Positions 1 to 10,251 are shown, counted from the stretch's first letter. The stretch: 51,793 nucleotides of DNA from Limisphaerales bacterium (GCA_044225505.1 JBGAIN010000002.1:124001-175793); one strand, 5' to 3'. Numbers and translations are program-made. The notes: generated by a model from the letters alone, not told the origin.

Positions 1-93
1 AACGCCGCATTCTTTGAGGAACCAGCGGCGCGACACCGCGGTCGGATGCGCGTGACGGAACAGTTCCGCCTGTAAGTTCGCTTGGCAATTCAT
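1..93 (-). CDS. DUF1501 domain protein, N-terminal fragment (runs off the window)
   Basis: Hand translation from ATG at 93 gives MNCQANLQAELFRHAHPTAVSRRWFLKECGV, with a Tat-like SRRWFL motif. It lies directly downstream of a PSD1/DUF1553 gene, the usual PVC arrangement. Confidence 0.75.
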   Translation of the reverse strand, partial: MNCQANLQAELFRHAHPTAVSRRWFLKECGV

Positions 94-141
94 GATCGTA
101 GGTCGGATTAGGTTAGAAATGCGGGTTCGGCGCCAAGGCGC

Positions 142-3100
142 TCATTCCTTCGTGATCGTCTCGTCCAGGTTCAGCAAGACACGCGAAAGCACGGTGTAAG
201 CCGCCAATTGAGTCGGCGTCGCGCCCGGTGGCAACGAGGCAGGCACGGCATTCTTGCCCGTCGCGAGCTCGGGCACACTCACCCACCCTTCCGCGAGGTG
301 GGCTCTTTGACGTTCCAACAAGGAGAGCAGCTCTTGGAGCTCTGTTGGATCTGGCTTGCGCCCGAGGCACCGGCGGAACGCGTAAGTAACGCGTTCCTGG
401 TCCGTCTTGCCGCCGAGCTGCAGGGTTCGGGCCGACAACGCTTGAGCACACTCCAGAAAGAGCGGTTCATTGAGCGACGTCAGGGCTTGCAATGGCGTAT
501 TCGACCGCAATCGGCGCACGCAGGAGAAATCTCCGTTGGGTGCATCGAACGTTTGCATGACCGGATAGGGCACCGATCGGAAGCGGAAGGTATAAAGGCC
601 GCGCCGATATCTGCCCGATCCTGTCTCTTCATTCCAAACTTTCGGACCGTAACTCGCGGGCGGTTGAAAGAGAAAGCCCGGGGCGGGCGGCATGACGCTG
701 GCGCCTCCGATCGTGTCATTGAGCAATCCGCTCGCCGCCAAAGCGATGTCGCGCACAATCTCCGCTTCCACCCGGAATCGTGGCCCGCGTGAGATGAGGC
801 GATTGAAGGGATCGATCTCCAGGAGTTCCGGCGTCACGCGGGACGCCTGGCGGTAAGCGGCCGATTGCACGATGAGTCGGTGCAATGATTTCACGCTCCA
901 GCCTCCTTCCATAAATTCCACCGCCAACCAGTCGAGCAGTTCAGGATGAGATGGTGCTGGGCTGCGTGTGCCAAAATCCTCTGGTGTCTCCACCAGACCC
1001 ACGCCGAAATAAGTCTGCCAAACGCGATTCACGAGCACGCGCGCCGTGGTGGGTGACCGGCGATCGACCAGCCACTTGGCCAGGGTGAGTCGCGAATCAT
1101 CCGCACCGGCTGGCAAGGAGTGCAGAAAAGCGGGCACACCCGCGCTCACTTCCGCCCCAGGTTTGAGCCAATCGCCGCGCTTAAACATATGCGTTGGGCG
1201 TTTCTCTTCCCCTGGGCCCGAACCTCGAAGAGCGAGGAGCGTCATGGTCGGCGCTCCCGACGGCCATGCCTGCCAGAGCGCCTCAATCTTGTCGTTGGCT
1301 TCTTTAAACTCTGGCGCCGTTGTCCGCCAGTAGCTGAACAAGACGTTCTTCTGCGCTTTTGTGCGCTGTTCCTTGGCTACCCCCAAGACCTGGCGCACCG
1401 CGGCCGGCAATGGATCCGCGACGGCATTGGTTGTGTCCGTGACGGACAATCGGAACCTGCCGAGATTGTGGTTTTGATTATCATCGGAGTTCCAGCCGCC
1501 GTGGGTTTGTTTGAGTTTGAAGGTGAGCACCACGCCATTGGTAAAGGCCAGCGGTTGCGCGGGCACAAAGACCGCTTTGCGCGCCTGATTACGGCGGCCA
1601 GGGCCAGCGTCGATCCCCCAGGCTGTGTCGTCTTTACCATCGATGGCATACGCCACTGGACCGTAAACCCGTTTCTTTCCGGACCGGTCGTCAAACTCCG
1701 GTTCCAATTCTTTCTCCGGATTGGCGTAATCCGCGGTCGCGCGTACGAATTTCACCTCGACTTTGTTGGTCCGGTTCGAGGCATCGACCGCCTCGACATT
1801 GAATTCGGACAGCGCGGACATGCCCCAGATCGAACGCCCCGGACCTTGGCAGGGCAAATCCGGATCGGTCATTTGCTCGAGGCGGAAAGCGCCAATCCGT
1901 TGCAGGTGGTTCGTTCCTTGAAAGATCGCCGTCCATTTGGTCGGCGCGTAGCTCGCGGCGCGAATGGACCCGTCCGAGTAATAGTAGAATCGTTCGCCGT
2001 TATCCCCGGCATTGCGACATTCCACCACGCTCCATGCGGGCTGGTCGTCGCGCACGCGCTGTTCCCACTGCTCGAGATGCTCTTCCCAATTCGGCGTCGT
2101 GTGGCGCAAGCCTTCTTCCAAGGCCTCGATCTGCCGCCGGAGGTCGGAGCGCGTTTGCAGCTCTTTCGGACTGTAAGCGATCAACGACGATTCGTGATCG
2201 TTGTTGAGATAGGCGAATAAGCGGTAGTACTCGGTCTGGGTCAACGGATCAAATTTGTGATTGTGGCATTGGGCGCATTGGATCGTTAGTCCCAGCACGG
2301 TTTTGCCAATGCAATCCATGCGGTCAAACATTCCGTCCATTCGAAACTGCTCCGGATCCACGCCTCCTTCCTCATTCCACATCGCGTTTCGCAAGAAGCC
2401 AGTGGCGACCAATTGATCCTGGGTAGGATTCGGGAGCAGATCGCCCGCCATCTGCTCGACAATGAATTGATCGTAGGGAAGGTCGCGATTCAACGCGTTG
2501 ATCACCCAATCCCGGTACTTCCAAATCAAGCGCGGTTTATCTTTTTCAAACCCGTCAGAATCGGCATAGCGCGCCGCATCCAGCCAATGCCGCCCCCAGC
2601 GTTCGCCGTAATGTTCCGATCGCAGCAGACGTTCCACCTGCCGTTCATAGGCATCCGGGCTGTTATCCAGCAGAAACTGATCGATCTCCTCCGCCGTCGG
2701 CGGCAGTCCGATCAGATCCAAGCTCAAGCGCCGCAGGAGCGTGGTGCGATCCGCTTCCGGGGCCGGTTGCAATCCCGCTTGATTGAGGCGGGCCAAGACA
2801 AACTGATCCATGGGATTGCGCGCCCAGCGAGCGTCACCCACCTTGGGCGGATGCATGCGCTCGGGAGCGGTAAATGCCCAGTGCTTTTTTGACGTTACGC
2901 TCTTGTCACCAGCCTTGGCATCGCTCGCAACTTCAGCACCAGGAGCGTCCCAGGCCAGCCCCCGGTCAATCCAAGCGCGCAGCAGGCCGATCTCCGCGGG
3001 TGAGAGCGGCGGGCGTTTGTTCGGCATTCGCGCGAGGTCTGCGCGAGTCCCCGCAACCGCTTGCACCAGCAAACTCTCCGCGCTTTTCCCGGGGACCGCC

Positions 3101-3384
3101 GCGGGGCCGGAATCTCCGCCCCGCAATAGGGCGTCGCGACTGTCCAAGCGCAGCCCAGCTCGTTGCTTTTGCGGTCCGTGACACTCGAAACATTGCTGTT
3201 CGAGCAGAGGCTGGATCTCTTTGGCGAAATCGACTGAACGATCTGCCGCGGGCGGGATGGGAACGGGCTCAGCCCTGGCCGACACGCCAGAACTCACTCC
3301 GAGAATCACCGTAGCTAAGACGAAACGAACAGCCGGACGGCCGAAAGCTGCAAGGGACCTGGTAATGGCTTGCACGAGACCCAA
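142..3384 (-). CDS. PSD1/planctomycete cytochrome c protein (PSCyt1, DUF1549, DUF1553)
   Basis: Heme motifs CFECH and CAQCHNH; HWAF, YGERWGRHWLDAARYADSDG, RFRVEAEIVRD, NTPLQAL and terminal LLNLDETITKE. The true start may be slightly downstream. Confidence 0.92.
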   Translation of the reverse strand: MGLVQAITRSLAAFGRPAVRFVLATVILGVSSGVSARAEPVPIPPAADRSVDFAKEIQPLLEQQCFECHGPQKQRAGLRLDSRDALLRGGDSGPAAVPGKSAESLLVQAVAGTRADLARMPNKRPPLSPAEIGLLRAWIDRGLAWDAPGAEVASDAKAGDKSVTSKKHWAFTAPERMHPPKVGDARWARNPMDQFVLARLNQAGLQPAPEADRTTLLRRLSLDLIGLPPTAEEIDQFLLDNSPDAYERQVERLLRSEHYGERWGRHWLDAARYADSDGFEKDKPRLIWKYRDWVINALNRDLPYDQFIVEQMAGDLLPNPTQDQLVATGFLRNAMWNEEGGVDPEQFRMDGMFDRMDCIGKTVLGLTIQCAQCHNHKFDPLTQTEYYRLFAYLNNDHESSLIAYSPKELQTRSDLRRQIEALEEGLRHTTPNWEEHLEQWEQRVRDDQPAWSVVECRNAGDNGERFYYYSDGSIRAASYAPTKWTAIFQGTNHLQRIGAFRLEQMTDPDLPCQGPGRSIWGMSALSEFNVEAVDASNRTNKVEVKFVRATADYANPEKELEPEFDDRSGKKRVYGPVAYAIDGKDDTAWGIDAGPGRRNQARKAVFVPAQPLAFTNGVVLTFKLKQTHGGWNSDDNQNHNLGRFRLSVTDTTNAVADPLPAAVRQVLGVAKEQRTKAQKNVLFSYWRTTAPEFKEANDKIEALWQAWPSGAPTMTLLALRGSGPGEEKRPTHMFKRGDWLKPGAEVSAGVPAFLHSLPAGADDSRLTLAKWLVDRRSPTTARVLVNRVWQTYFGVGLVETPEDFGTRSPAPSHPELLDWLAVEFMEGGWSVKSLHRLIVQSAAYRQASRVTPELLEIDPFNRLISRGPRFRVEAEIVRDIALAASGLLNDTIGGASVMPPAPGFLFQPPASYGPKVWNEETGSGRYRRGLYTFRFRSVPYPVMQTFDAPNGDFSCVRRLRSNTPLQALTSLNEPLFLECAQALSARTLQLGGKTDQERVTYAFRRCLGRKPDPTELQELLSLLERQRAHLAEGWVSVPELATGKNAVPASLPPGATPTQLAAYTVLSRVLLNLDETITKE

Positions 3385-3487
3385 TTATCGCTGGCTTCTT
3401 CAGCGGCGTCCACAGTCAAATTTCGGTAGGGCGGCAAGGAACGGAACTTTGAGGCGACCTTCTTCGGATTGACCGACGTTTGCGGCA

Positions 3488-3589
3488 CAAAGCTCCAGGG
3501 GGCTTGAGCACTCCAAGACGCTGGCGCGCAAAGGTTAAGCTGCTATGCTTCGCCAGATTTTGGAGTGTCGGTGGCCCTCCACCGCTTTT
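3488..3589. repeat. REP-like inverted repeat pair in intergenic region
   Basis: aaagctccagggggcttgagcactccaagacgctggcg (about 3489-3526) is an imperfect reverse complement of cgccagattttggagtgtcggtggccctccaccgcttt (3551-3588). Confidence 0.6.
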
Positions 3590-3627
3590 GTGGAGCGATC
3601 CCCTCGGACGCGGGGCAACTACAAGCT

Positions 3628-4311
3628 CTAAGGCCGACCGGCCGGATTAATGAACCGCGAGCCGTTCTCGTTGAGGAGACGTTCCACCGCTTTCCAGCGG
3701 AGCCGTTCTGGGTGGCCGTCCACAAACAAGTAGTTCGCCGTCTCCAAATGACGCCGTACCGCCACCTCCAACGGGAATCCGATCGCTGAATAATCCCCGT
3801 CCTCCGGATCGGCGAAATGGAAATGATCACTGTTGGCGTAACGGTCGGCGCATTCCGCCATAAATAATGTTGAGCTGGGTGCCGGAACGAAGGTTGTGCG
3901 CGTATAATTAAAGTTCACAGGAGCGTTTGTATCCGAGGGAAGCAGGAAATCGTTGATGGCATAACTATAAATCCTAGTTTTATGCGGATCTCGCGGGCAG
4001 CGCCACAGGTTGGTCCCGCCGGCATAAGGTTGGAGCGAGCCTACCCAGGATTGCCCCTGGTGCGCGGATCTCGGTAAGAAATCGTCATGGTCGTCCGCGT
4101 AAAGAATCGACGCGAGGCCAATCTGCTTGAGCTGACTTAAACAGGCAGTGGCCCAAGCCTGCTGTTTCGCTTTGGCCATGGCCGGAAGCAACAGACTAGC
4201 GAGAATCCCGATAATCGCGATCACCACCAACAATTCGATCAGTGTAAATCCGGTCGAAACGCGGGCCTGCCCCGCGCTCTGGGCTTCGGAGGGTCGCCTT
4301 AAAAGCGCCAC
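3628..4311 (-). CDS. Prepilin-type N-terminal cleavage/methylation and H-X9-DG domain protein
   Basis: [33 protein letters not shown] and [14 protein letters not shown]. Confidence 0.9.
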   Translation of the reverse strand: MALLRRPSEAQSAGQARVSTGFTLIELLVVIAIIGILASLLLPAMAKAKQQAWATACLSQLKQIGLASILYADDHDDFLPRSAHQGQSWVGSLQPYAGGTNLWRCPRDPHKTRIYSYAINDFLLPSDTNAPVNFNYTRTTFVPAPSSTLFMAECADRYANSDHFHFADPEDGDYSAIGFPLEVAVRRHLETANYLFVDGHPERLRWKAVERLLNENGSRFINPAGRP

Positions 4312-5333
4312 GAAACACCTCCATGCACCCGGTAGGTCGGCACTAACTGCAGCCCATGACTGGCGATTTCAAGAGGGATGTCCACCCCTACGTTTGCCGT
4401 CAATCGCTCGGCCCACGTAAAGTTTAGGAGCGGGCCGAGCAACCACGCAGTTCGTCCGGTGAAATCGGATTTCTGCCCCAGCAGTTTGTCTCGAGCGCTC
4501 GACTCGTAATAGGCGCTCGCTTCCAAACTTAAAGTGACCTTATCGTTGACCACGAGATACTGCCCAGGTCCGCCCGAGACCATCAGTTCATCGCCAAAGC
4601 GGAATCCAGATTCCCCTTCCGTTCGGGCGTAATATTGAAATTGTAAATTCACAAAGCTTCTCTGCCAGCGCGCATTAAGTGTCGCGCCGGCAATTCCGTC
4701 GAACGACCCGGAACCTAGCGTCAAAGCATGCTCATGCAAGCCGCTAACCGCGTGCGCCAGGGGATCGTGAGGTGTGTTCGGCGGCAAAAGCGCTTCAAAG
4801 CGCCGGGCTTGGTCCACCTCGTCCCGGATCCGGTCGGCGTCGCCCGTGGGAAACTTCACGCCGCCCATCACATTCAGGCTGACTCCCCAATCCATCGATT
4901 TCTTTCGAAAAACTGTCGCCCGACCGACCAGCGCCAAATCTCCCAAACCCACCTCCTTTCCGCGCTCGACTCGAAATATCGTGGAGGTGTCCGAATAGCG
5001 GATTTCCGATCGCTCGAAATCGTGGTAAGCGACCGGAAGATTCAGGCTCACGCCGAAACGATCGCTGAAATTATAGGTCCCCACCAGGTGGGTAATCGAT
5101 GTATTCAGGAAATCCTTCTGCGGCAGCGTGATCTCTTTACCATCCAATTGCACGGTCTGGTTGGCCGTAAACGACTCCGAGACACTCACGAGAAACCCGC
5201 TGCTAAAGCCACCGCGGGCGTCGGCCGAACTGTAAACCGCGCACAATTCACACGCCTGGACGCCGGCCAGAGACGCGACCCAAATCGCGATATACCCGAC
5301 CGCACCGACCGCAATACGTCTCAGACAAATCAT
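4299..5333 (-). CDS. Putative outer-membrane beta-barrel transporter (MetA-pathway/SphA-like) with N-terminal CxxC
   Basis: Signal peptide followed by [19 protein letters not shown] and LGSGSFD motifs; terminal VSWRF beta-signal. Confidence 0.7.
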   Translation of the reverse strand: MICLRRIAVGAVGYIAIWVASLAGVQACELCAVYSSADARGGFSSGFLVSVSESFTANQTVQLDGKEITLPQKDFLNTSITHLVGTYNFSDRFGVSLNLPVAYHDFERSEIRYSDTSTIFRVERGKEVGLGDLALVGRATVFRKKSMDWGVSLNVMGGVKFPTGDADRIRDEVDQARRFEALLPPNTPHDPLAHAVSGLHEHALTLGSGSFDGIAGATLNARWQRSFVNLQFQYYARTEGESGFRFGDELMVSGGPGQYLVVNDKVTLSLEASAYYESSARDKLLGQKSDFTGRTAWLLGPLLNFTWAERLTANVGVDIPLEIASHGLQLVPTYRVHGGVSWRF

Positions 5334-5722
5334 GGGGTCAGGAGAAGTCGATACGTCCGATGTGAAGCTTTAAGATCGTCAACGACGACGTAATGGTTTG
5401 GAAAGGGAAACGCCGGCACAGCAAATAAAGTCGTCCACGCGGCACAGCCCCCGGCTACCTTGGCACCTCCGCAGAGCTCATCCGCGAATTGCAGCGTGTA
5501 CCCCCGCCCCGCTTCCGTGTCGAAATGAATCGTGACCTGCTGGCGATTGATCCGTTCGATATGGTCGATGCGCGGGCCTTCCGCTCCGCGGCCCCCCCAA
5601 CCACCCAGCCACGTGATCCCAAGGCAAAGGCCTCCCCGCGCCACTGCGAGGACGAACCGCCGTTGGCCAGTCGATGGATAGGTCACACTCACGAACCTTC
5701 TGTGTGAGCCACTGCCGGACAT
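5330..5722 (-). CDS. Hypothetical secreted protein
   Basis: ATGA overlap with the next gene, a hydrophobic leader, and a C-terminal GRGYTLQ...W...D...RTYRL pattern. Start is uncertain (ATG 5722 or GTG 5749). Confidence 0.6.
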   Translation of the reverse strand: MSGSGSHRRFVSVTYPSTGQRRFVLAVARGGLCLGITWLGGWGGRGAEGPRIDHIERINRQQVTIHFDTEAGRGYTLQFADELCGGAKVAGGCAAWTTLFAVPAFPFPNHYVVVDDLKASHRTYRLLLTP

Positions 5723-5790
5723 TTTGTTCCCCGGATCCTCTTCAACCACTCACAAGGCTTTGCGCTTCAGCGATTCATCCTCTCCCGGAC

Positions 5791-6151
5791 GGTCTTTCGC
5801 TGTTTTCAGCGGAATCAGATCCCGGACAAGGCAACCGTTTAAGTCTCTCGCCCGCATACCCTAGCCAAGACGGACATGCCGGAGGCATGAATGAGAATAG
5901 CTCGGACGCTTTAGCACTGAGACCCAGCGACCTATGACGATTCGCCCCGGAAGGGGCGGCCGATCCTCCGAAAACACGTTGCTTCTGGGATTCGGAGAGG
6001 TTCAACCGTCCCTGCGGGACTTTGAAATCTTCGCGCGGATTCCCGGCACTGGAAGTGCCGAGCTTATGCCACGACGTCCCTGCCGGGACGCCAAACGCCT
6101 GTCCCAGAACGGAGGGTACAGCTTCTGTTCAACCGAAAACAGCAAGGAGCC
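5791..6151. mobile_element. MITE-like non-autonomous element, 361 bp, with imperfect terminal inverted repeats and 8-bp target-site duplication
   Basis: Left end ggtctttcgctgttttcagcggaatcaga pairs with right end tctgttcaaccgaaaacagcaaggagcc. tcccggac flanks it at 5783-5790 and 6152-6159. Internal hairpins include gccccggaaggggc, gtccctgcgggac, cggcactggaagtgccg and cgtccctgccgggacg. Confidence 0.7.
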
Positions 6152-6279
6152 TCCCGGACCACTTTCCGCCAGGCAGCGAGAACCCCTCATGGACGAGAGC
6201 TATTTGCTCTCAGCCCAGTCGCTCCTCCCCACTCCTGGCCGACCCGCCGCGCGGAGCGCCTTGGAAAATCGCCGTGAGC

Positions 6280-6879
6280 TTAATGCGCGCTGGAAAAGTG
6301 ACCTTCGTACCGCAGGGACCGACGCGAAATCACCCGGACATATTCTTGCGTCCCAGGAAACGTGATGCCCGCGACAAACGCCGCGCTATTGGTTTCGGCC
6401 GCCCCCTTGTTCCAACGCAGGACATTGCTCCGCCCCGCGTTATAATCGGCTAAAGCGTAAGAGATCGGGTCGTCCGTCCGGGCGTATCGGCGGAGCAGCT
6501 TAGCGAGATACCAGGTGCCCACCGTGAGATTCGTATCAGGGTCCAATAGCGTGCCGTCGAACGACTTACGTCCGGTCTCCGCTTGCGCCCATTCCTGGGC
6601 GACCAAGGAGCGGATCTGCATCAACCCGATTTCACCAACGCGTCCCCGGGCTTTAGCGTTGAATTTGCTTTCGCGCCAGACCAACGCCTTGACTAAGGCC
6701 GGATCGACTCCATAACGCTGAGCCGCGCGCAGGATCTGCAAATCGTAGCGATGCTCTTTCCGTTGCTCGAGCCACCAGTCGAAAAGGCCGCAACCGAGAA
6801 GGAGAACGATCAAGCCGCCAATTAGACGTCGCCTGAGCGCTGAACTGGAGCTGGGCACTGGCTGCTGCGGTTGATCCAT
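6280..6879 (-). CDS. Lytic transglycosylase (SLT domain)
   Basis: N-terminal TM helix; LVWRES catalytic Glu, GLMQI, NLTVGTWYL and ADYNAG. Confidence 0.92.
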   Translation of the reverse strand: MDQPQQPVPSSSSALRRRLIGGLIVLLLGCGLFDWWLEQRKEHRYDLQILRAAQRYGVDPALVKALVWRESKFNAKARGRVGEIGLMQIRSLVAQEWAQAETGRKSFDGTLLDPDTNLTVGTWYLAKLLRRYARTDDPISYALADYNAGRSNVLRWNKGAAETNSAAFVAGITFPGTQEYVRVISRRSLRYEGHFSSAH

Positions 6880-7047
6880 TCCCGGGAGAGTTTAGGAATT
6901 CCACCAGTGCCTGGACAATCTCTTTTATTTTCGGGCGAAATCCGCTGGGTGATGATCAGTTTGACTAAATTACACAGGGACTCCAAGTGAAAGGAACGAG
7001 CATCCCCGCCGTCACGGATGGCTCGACAAGTCATGTTCATTCCATGT

Positions 7048-7102
7048 TGAACTATGGTTTCACTATCATTTCACTATGTTTGAACTATGGTTTTACTAGT
7101 AA
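7048..7102. repeat. AT-rich 11-bp tandem repeat, 5 copies
   Basis: tgaactatggt / ttcactatcat / ttcactatgtt / tgaactatggt / tttactagtaa. Confidence 0.75.
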
Positions 7103-7365
7103 ATCTTAGTGTAACCATAGAATAATCTTAATCATATCTCCATTAAAATTGGTCAGATGGGGCTGTCAGGCGGATGCAACGCGCCATGGTCCGTTGCACG
7201 AGAAACGAGTCAACGCACGAGACGAACGGACGGTTCCGCCGAAATGTCGCACAGCATGACCACAAATTGTTCCCGAACTGTGAGACATTTCCCACCCCAT
7301 GACGAAGGACACGCTCTTCATCGCACCGCACAGTTTCACGGCGTCCTTCCAGGACTTGCTTCCGC

Positions 7366-8802
7366 TTATCCCTCGCGCGCCGCGTCCGAGTTCGGATGCA
7401 GCCCGAGCTGCTTCAACTTCTCCCGGAGCGTAAAGCGCGACAATCCCAACCAACGTGCTGCCTTGGCTTGATTCCATTCGGCCCGAGTAATCGCCTGGGT
7501 CAAGATTTCACGCTCGGCTTCGCTGAGCATGCGAGCGTGGGCATCCAACAACTCGCCTTTTTGAGCGCGGGCCAGCAAGTCGGCGGCGACCACAGCAAAG
7601 GAATTCCCTGGAGCACTGGTTTCGGCCGTGCGGGCTGCCAAGGTCCGTTGGACCGCTTCCGCGTCGATGGAGAGCCCGCGGGCGCCGAGGAGCAGGCGGC
7701 GGGTGATGTTCTCGAGTTCGCGGACGTTGCCTGGCCAAGCATCCGCCTGCATCATGGCGAGGGCATCCGACGTGACGGCTGGGCTTTCCACGTCGAAGTC
7801 CGCGGCGTACTTCCGCAAGAAATAATTGACCAGCACGGGAATATCGTCGCGCCGATCGCGTAGCGGCGGAAGTTGGATGCAGACGACGTTGAGGCGGTGG
7901 AACAGGTCTTCGCGAAACTTGCCGTCGCGAATCATCTGTTCCAGGTTCCGATGAGTGGCGGCGATCATGCGCACGTCCACGGAGATAACCTCGCCGCCCC
8001 CGACTCGCTGAAAGCTTTGCTGTTGAAGAACGCGCAGGAGTTTGACCTGCGTGTTGGGGGGCAAGTCGCCAATCTCGTCCAGGAAAAGAGTGCCTGTATG
8101 GGCTTGTTCGAAGCGGCCGATCCGTCGCTGTTCAGCGCCTGTGAAAGCGCCGCGTTCGTGTCCAAACAACTCGCTTTCCAACAGGTTTTCCGGGATCGCA
8201 GCGCAATTGATGGCGATAAAAGGGGCTTTGGAGCGCTGGCTATGATGATAAATGGCGCGGGCGATGAGCTCTTTGCCAGTCCCCGTCTCGCCCCGGATAA
8301 GGACGGTCAAGGGTTTGGCCGCGACCCGTCCGATTTCCTTGCAAACGTCCTGCATCGCGCGGCTGGTTCCAATGAGAGCCGCGGCGGGGTTGCCAGGCCC
8401 GTCGGGCAGAGAGACCCGCTCCCGCATGAGGCGGCTGGCTTCGACCGCGCGGTGGAGAACCGAAATGAGCCCAGGCATTTCAAATGGCTTCTGCAAATAA
8501 TCGTAAGCGCCGTATTTGGTGGCCTCGATCGCCATCTCAATTGTTCCGTGGGCCGTCATGAGCACGACCGGGAGGCGTGGTTGTGTCGCATGCAGTTGTT
8601 TTACAAGCTCCAGTCCGCCTAACCCTGGCAAGCGGAGATCGGTCAACACGGCGTCGAATTCATCCGGGTTTGCCCGGCGCAATCCCTCGTCGCCCCGATG
8701 GCAAAGAGTGACTTTGAAGCCGTCACCTTCCAAAACGTCGCAGAGATTGGTGGCGAGACTGACATCGTCCTCGATCAATAGGATGTGCGGGGCGGAAGGC
8801 AT
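7366..8802 (-). CDS. Sigma-54-dependent NtrC-family response regulator (REC, AAA+, Fis HTH)
   Basis: LIEDD and VLTDLRLP receiver, GETGTGKE Walker A, GAFTGA, LFLDEIGD, WPGNVRELEN and NQAKAARWLGLSR. Confidence 0.95.
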   Translation of the reverse strand: MPSAPHILLIEDDVSLATNLCDVLEGDGFKVTLCHRGDEGLRRANPDEFDAVLTDLRLPGLGGLELVKQLHATQPRLPVVLMTAHGTIEMAIEATKYGAYDYLQKPFEMPGLISVLHRAVEASRLMRERVSLPDGPGNPAAALIGTSRAMQDVCKEIGRVAAKPLTVLIRGETGTGKELIARAIYHHSQRSKAPFIAINCAAIPENLLESELFGHERGAFTGAEQRRIGRFEQAHTGTLFLDEIGDLPPNTQVKLLRVLQQQSFQRVGGGEVISVDVRMIAATHRNLEQMIRDGKFREDLFHRLNVVCIQLPPLRDRRDDIPVLVNYFLRKYAADFDVESPAVTSDALAMMQADAWPGNVRELENITRRLLLGARGLSIDAEAVQRTLAARTAETSAPGNSFAVVAADLLARAQKGELLDAHARMLSEAEREILTQAITRAEWNQAKAARWLGLSRFTLREKLKQLGLHPNSDAAREG

Positions 8803-8934
8803 AGAACATCAGATTACGCAGGTCTCGCGAGAGATCGCGGCGTTCCCCGCGCCGCCCATGGAAGTGCGGTCGCGAGCCAAAGCAGGGAGTTCTTCGGCGT
8901 GCGGGAAAAGCGTCGAGACGAGCCTTGATAGGTT

Positions 8935-10251
8935 TCAGGAATAGCTCGTGGCACCAGGGCTCGCACGGTTTCCAGTCTGTGGATCTTCTTTGGGTAAAAC
9001 AACGCTGAAGGTGGTGCCCTGTCCGGGAGGGGACTGATACTCCAGGCGGCCCCCATTCTTTTCCACCAAACGGGCAGCAATAGACAATCCTAACCCGGTG
9101 CCTGTTTCTTTGGTCGAAAAGAAAGGGTCGAAGAGTCGTTTCTCGATCTCGGGCGGAATTCCCATGCCTGTGTCGCTGACATCCAGCGCCACGGCGTCCG
9201 CTTCTTGGTCCCGCAGCGTGGTCCGCAGGAGGCGAGCTCGCAACGTCACGGTCCCAGGTCCGTCAATGGCATCCGTGGCGTTGCGGACGAGATTGACCAG
9301 CACTTGCTTCAAATGGTCACGATCCGCTCGGACGCAGATGGAGGGATTCGCCTCAACGACGAGATGAACGCTTTGGTTTTCCAGAGAATTCGACATCAGG
9401 TCGTGGATCTCCGCGAAGAGATCGTCCACGTCGAGCGTATGCAATCGAGGATCGGCAGGGCGGGCAAAATTGAGAGCGTCTTGCACAATCCGTTCCAGGC
9501 GGGAGATTTCAGCGTTGATAATCTCCGTATCCTTGCGGGCGGCGGGAACCGTGCCGAGGTGTTTCTCCAAAGTGTAAAGTCGGGCTTTGAGAGAGGTAAG
9601 CGGGTTGCGGATTTCATGAGCGATTCCTGCGGTCAGAGTCCCGAGCACAGCCAGTTTCTCTTGTCTTTCGAGCAGGCGCTCGGCTTGGAGTCTCGCGCTC
9701 TCCAAACGCTGCCGTTCGGCAATTTCGGTTCTCAGCGCTGCGGTGCGTTGCTCAACCGTCTCTTCGAGCCGCTCGTTGGCGCCGCGGAGCAGAGCCGTGG
9801 CCAGGGTCAATCGGTGATACGCCTCCAGGAAAGCGGTCAGGAAATAAACCGCCACAAAGAAGACGAGGAGCAACATCAAGGCATTCCAGAAAGCGATCGC
9901 GGGACTCATCGGCGCGAACGGCGAGGTTAAATCGGTCACCAAAATCAAGGCGATGCACCAAATCGACAAGGCCATCCCGGCCTTGCGTCCCGCAATCCAA
10001 GAACCCCAGCAGATAGGAACAAGGTAGAATGCGGTGACTTCCAGTTCGAATCGCGTGGCGTAATCGCAGACACCGACCAACCCTGCGACGAGGAACGCCA
10101 CAAGGACGGCCCAAGGCCGGGGCACTTGAGCTAACGCCGCCAGCCAACCAATCCGGGGGATATCCACCTTAAGGCCAAGGTTTTCTTGGCCGGAGCCCGA
10201 GACTCCCTGGCGAGGCGACTCGATCATCGAAGCGACCTTATAGCCGACCAC
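8935..10251 (-). CDS. Membrane-bound sensor histidine kinase (partner of the NtrC-family regulator)
   Basis: Four TM segments, AHEIRNPL, NLVRNA, DTGMG, FFSTK and GTGLGL. Start is uncertain. Confidence 0.92.
   Translation of the reverse strand: MVGYKVASMIESPRQGVSGSGQENLGLKVDIPRIGWLAALAQVPRPWAVLVAFLVAGLVGVCDYATRFELEVTAFYLVPICWGSWIAGRKAGMALSIWCIALILVTDLTSPFAPMSPAIAFWNALMLLLVFFVAVYFLTAFLEAYHRLTLATALLRGANERLEETVEQRTAALRTEIAERQRLESARLQAERLLERQEKLAVLGTLTAGIAHEIRNPLTSLKARLYTLEKHLGTVPAARKDTEIINAEISRLERIVQDALNFARPADPRLHTLDVDDLFAEIHDLMSNSLENQSVHLVVEANPSICVRADRDHLKQVLVNLVRNATDAIDGPGTVTLRARLLRTTLRDQEADAVALDVSDTGMGIPPEIEKRLFDPFFSTKETGTGLGLSIAARLVEKNGGRLEYQSPPGQGTTFSVVLPKEDPQTGNRASPGATSYS

Noticed and set aside
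5775..6453. Short ORFs overlapping the MITE
   Set aside because: They have no transposase motifs and are chance frames across a repeat element.
7044..7150. CRISPR array, oriC or dif site
   Set aside because: The repeats are 11 bp with no spacers, no DnaA boxes were seen, and there is no convincing XerC/XerD match.
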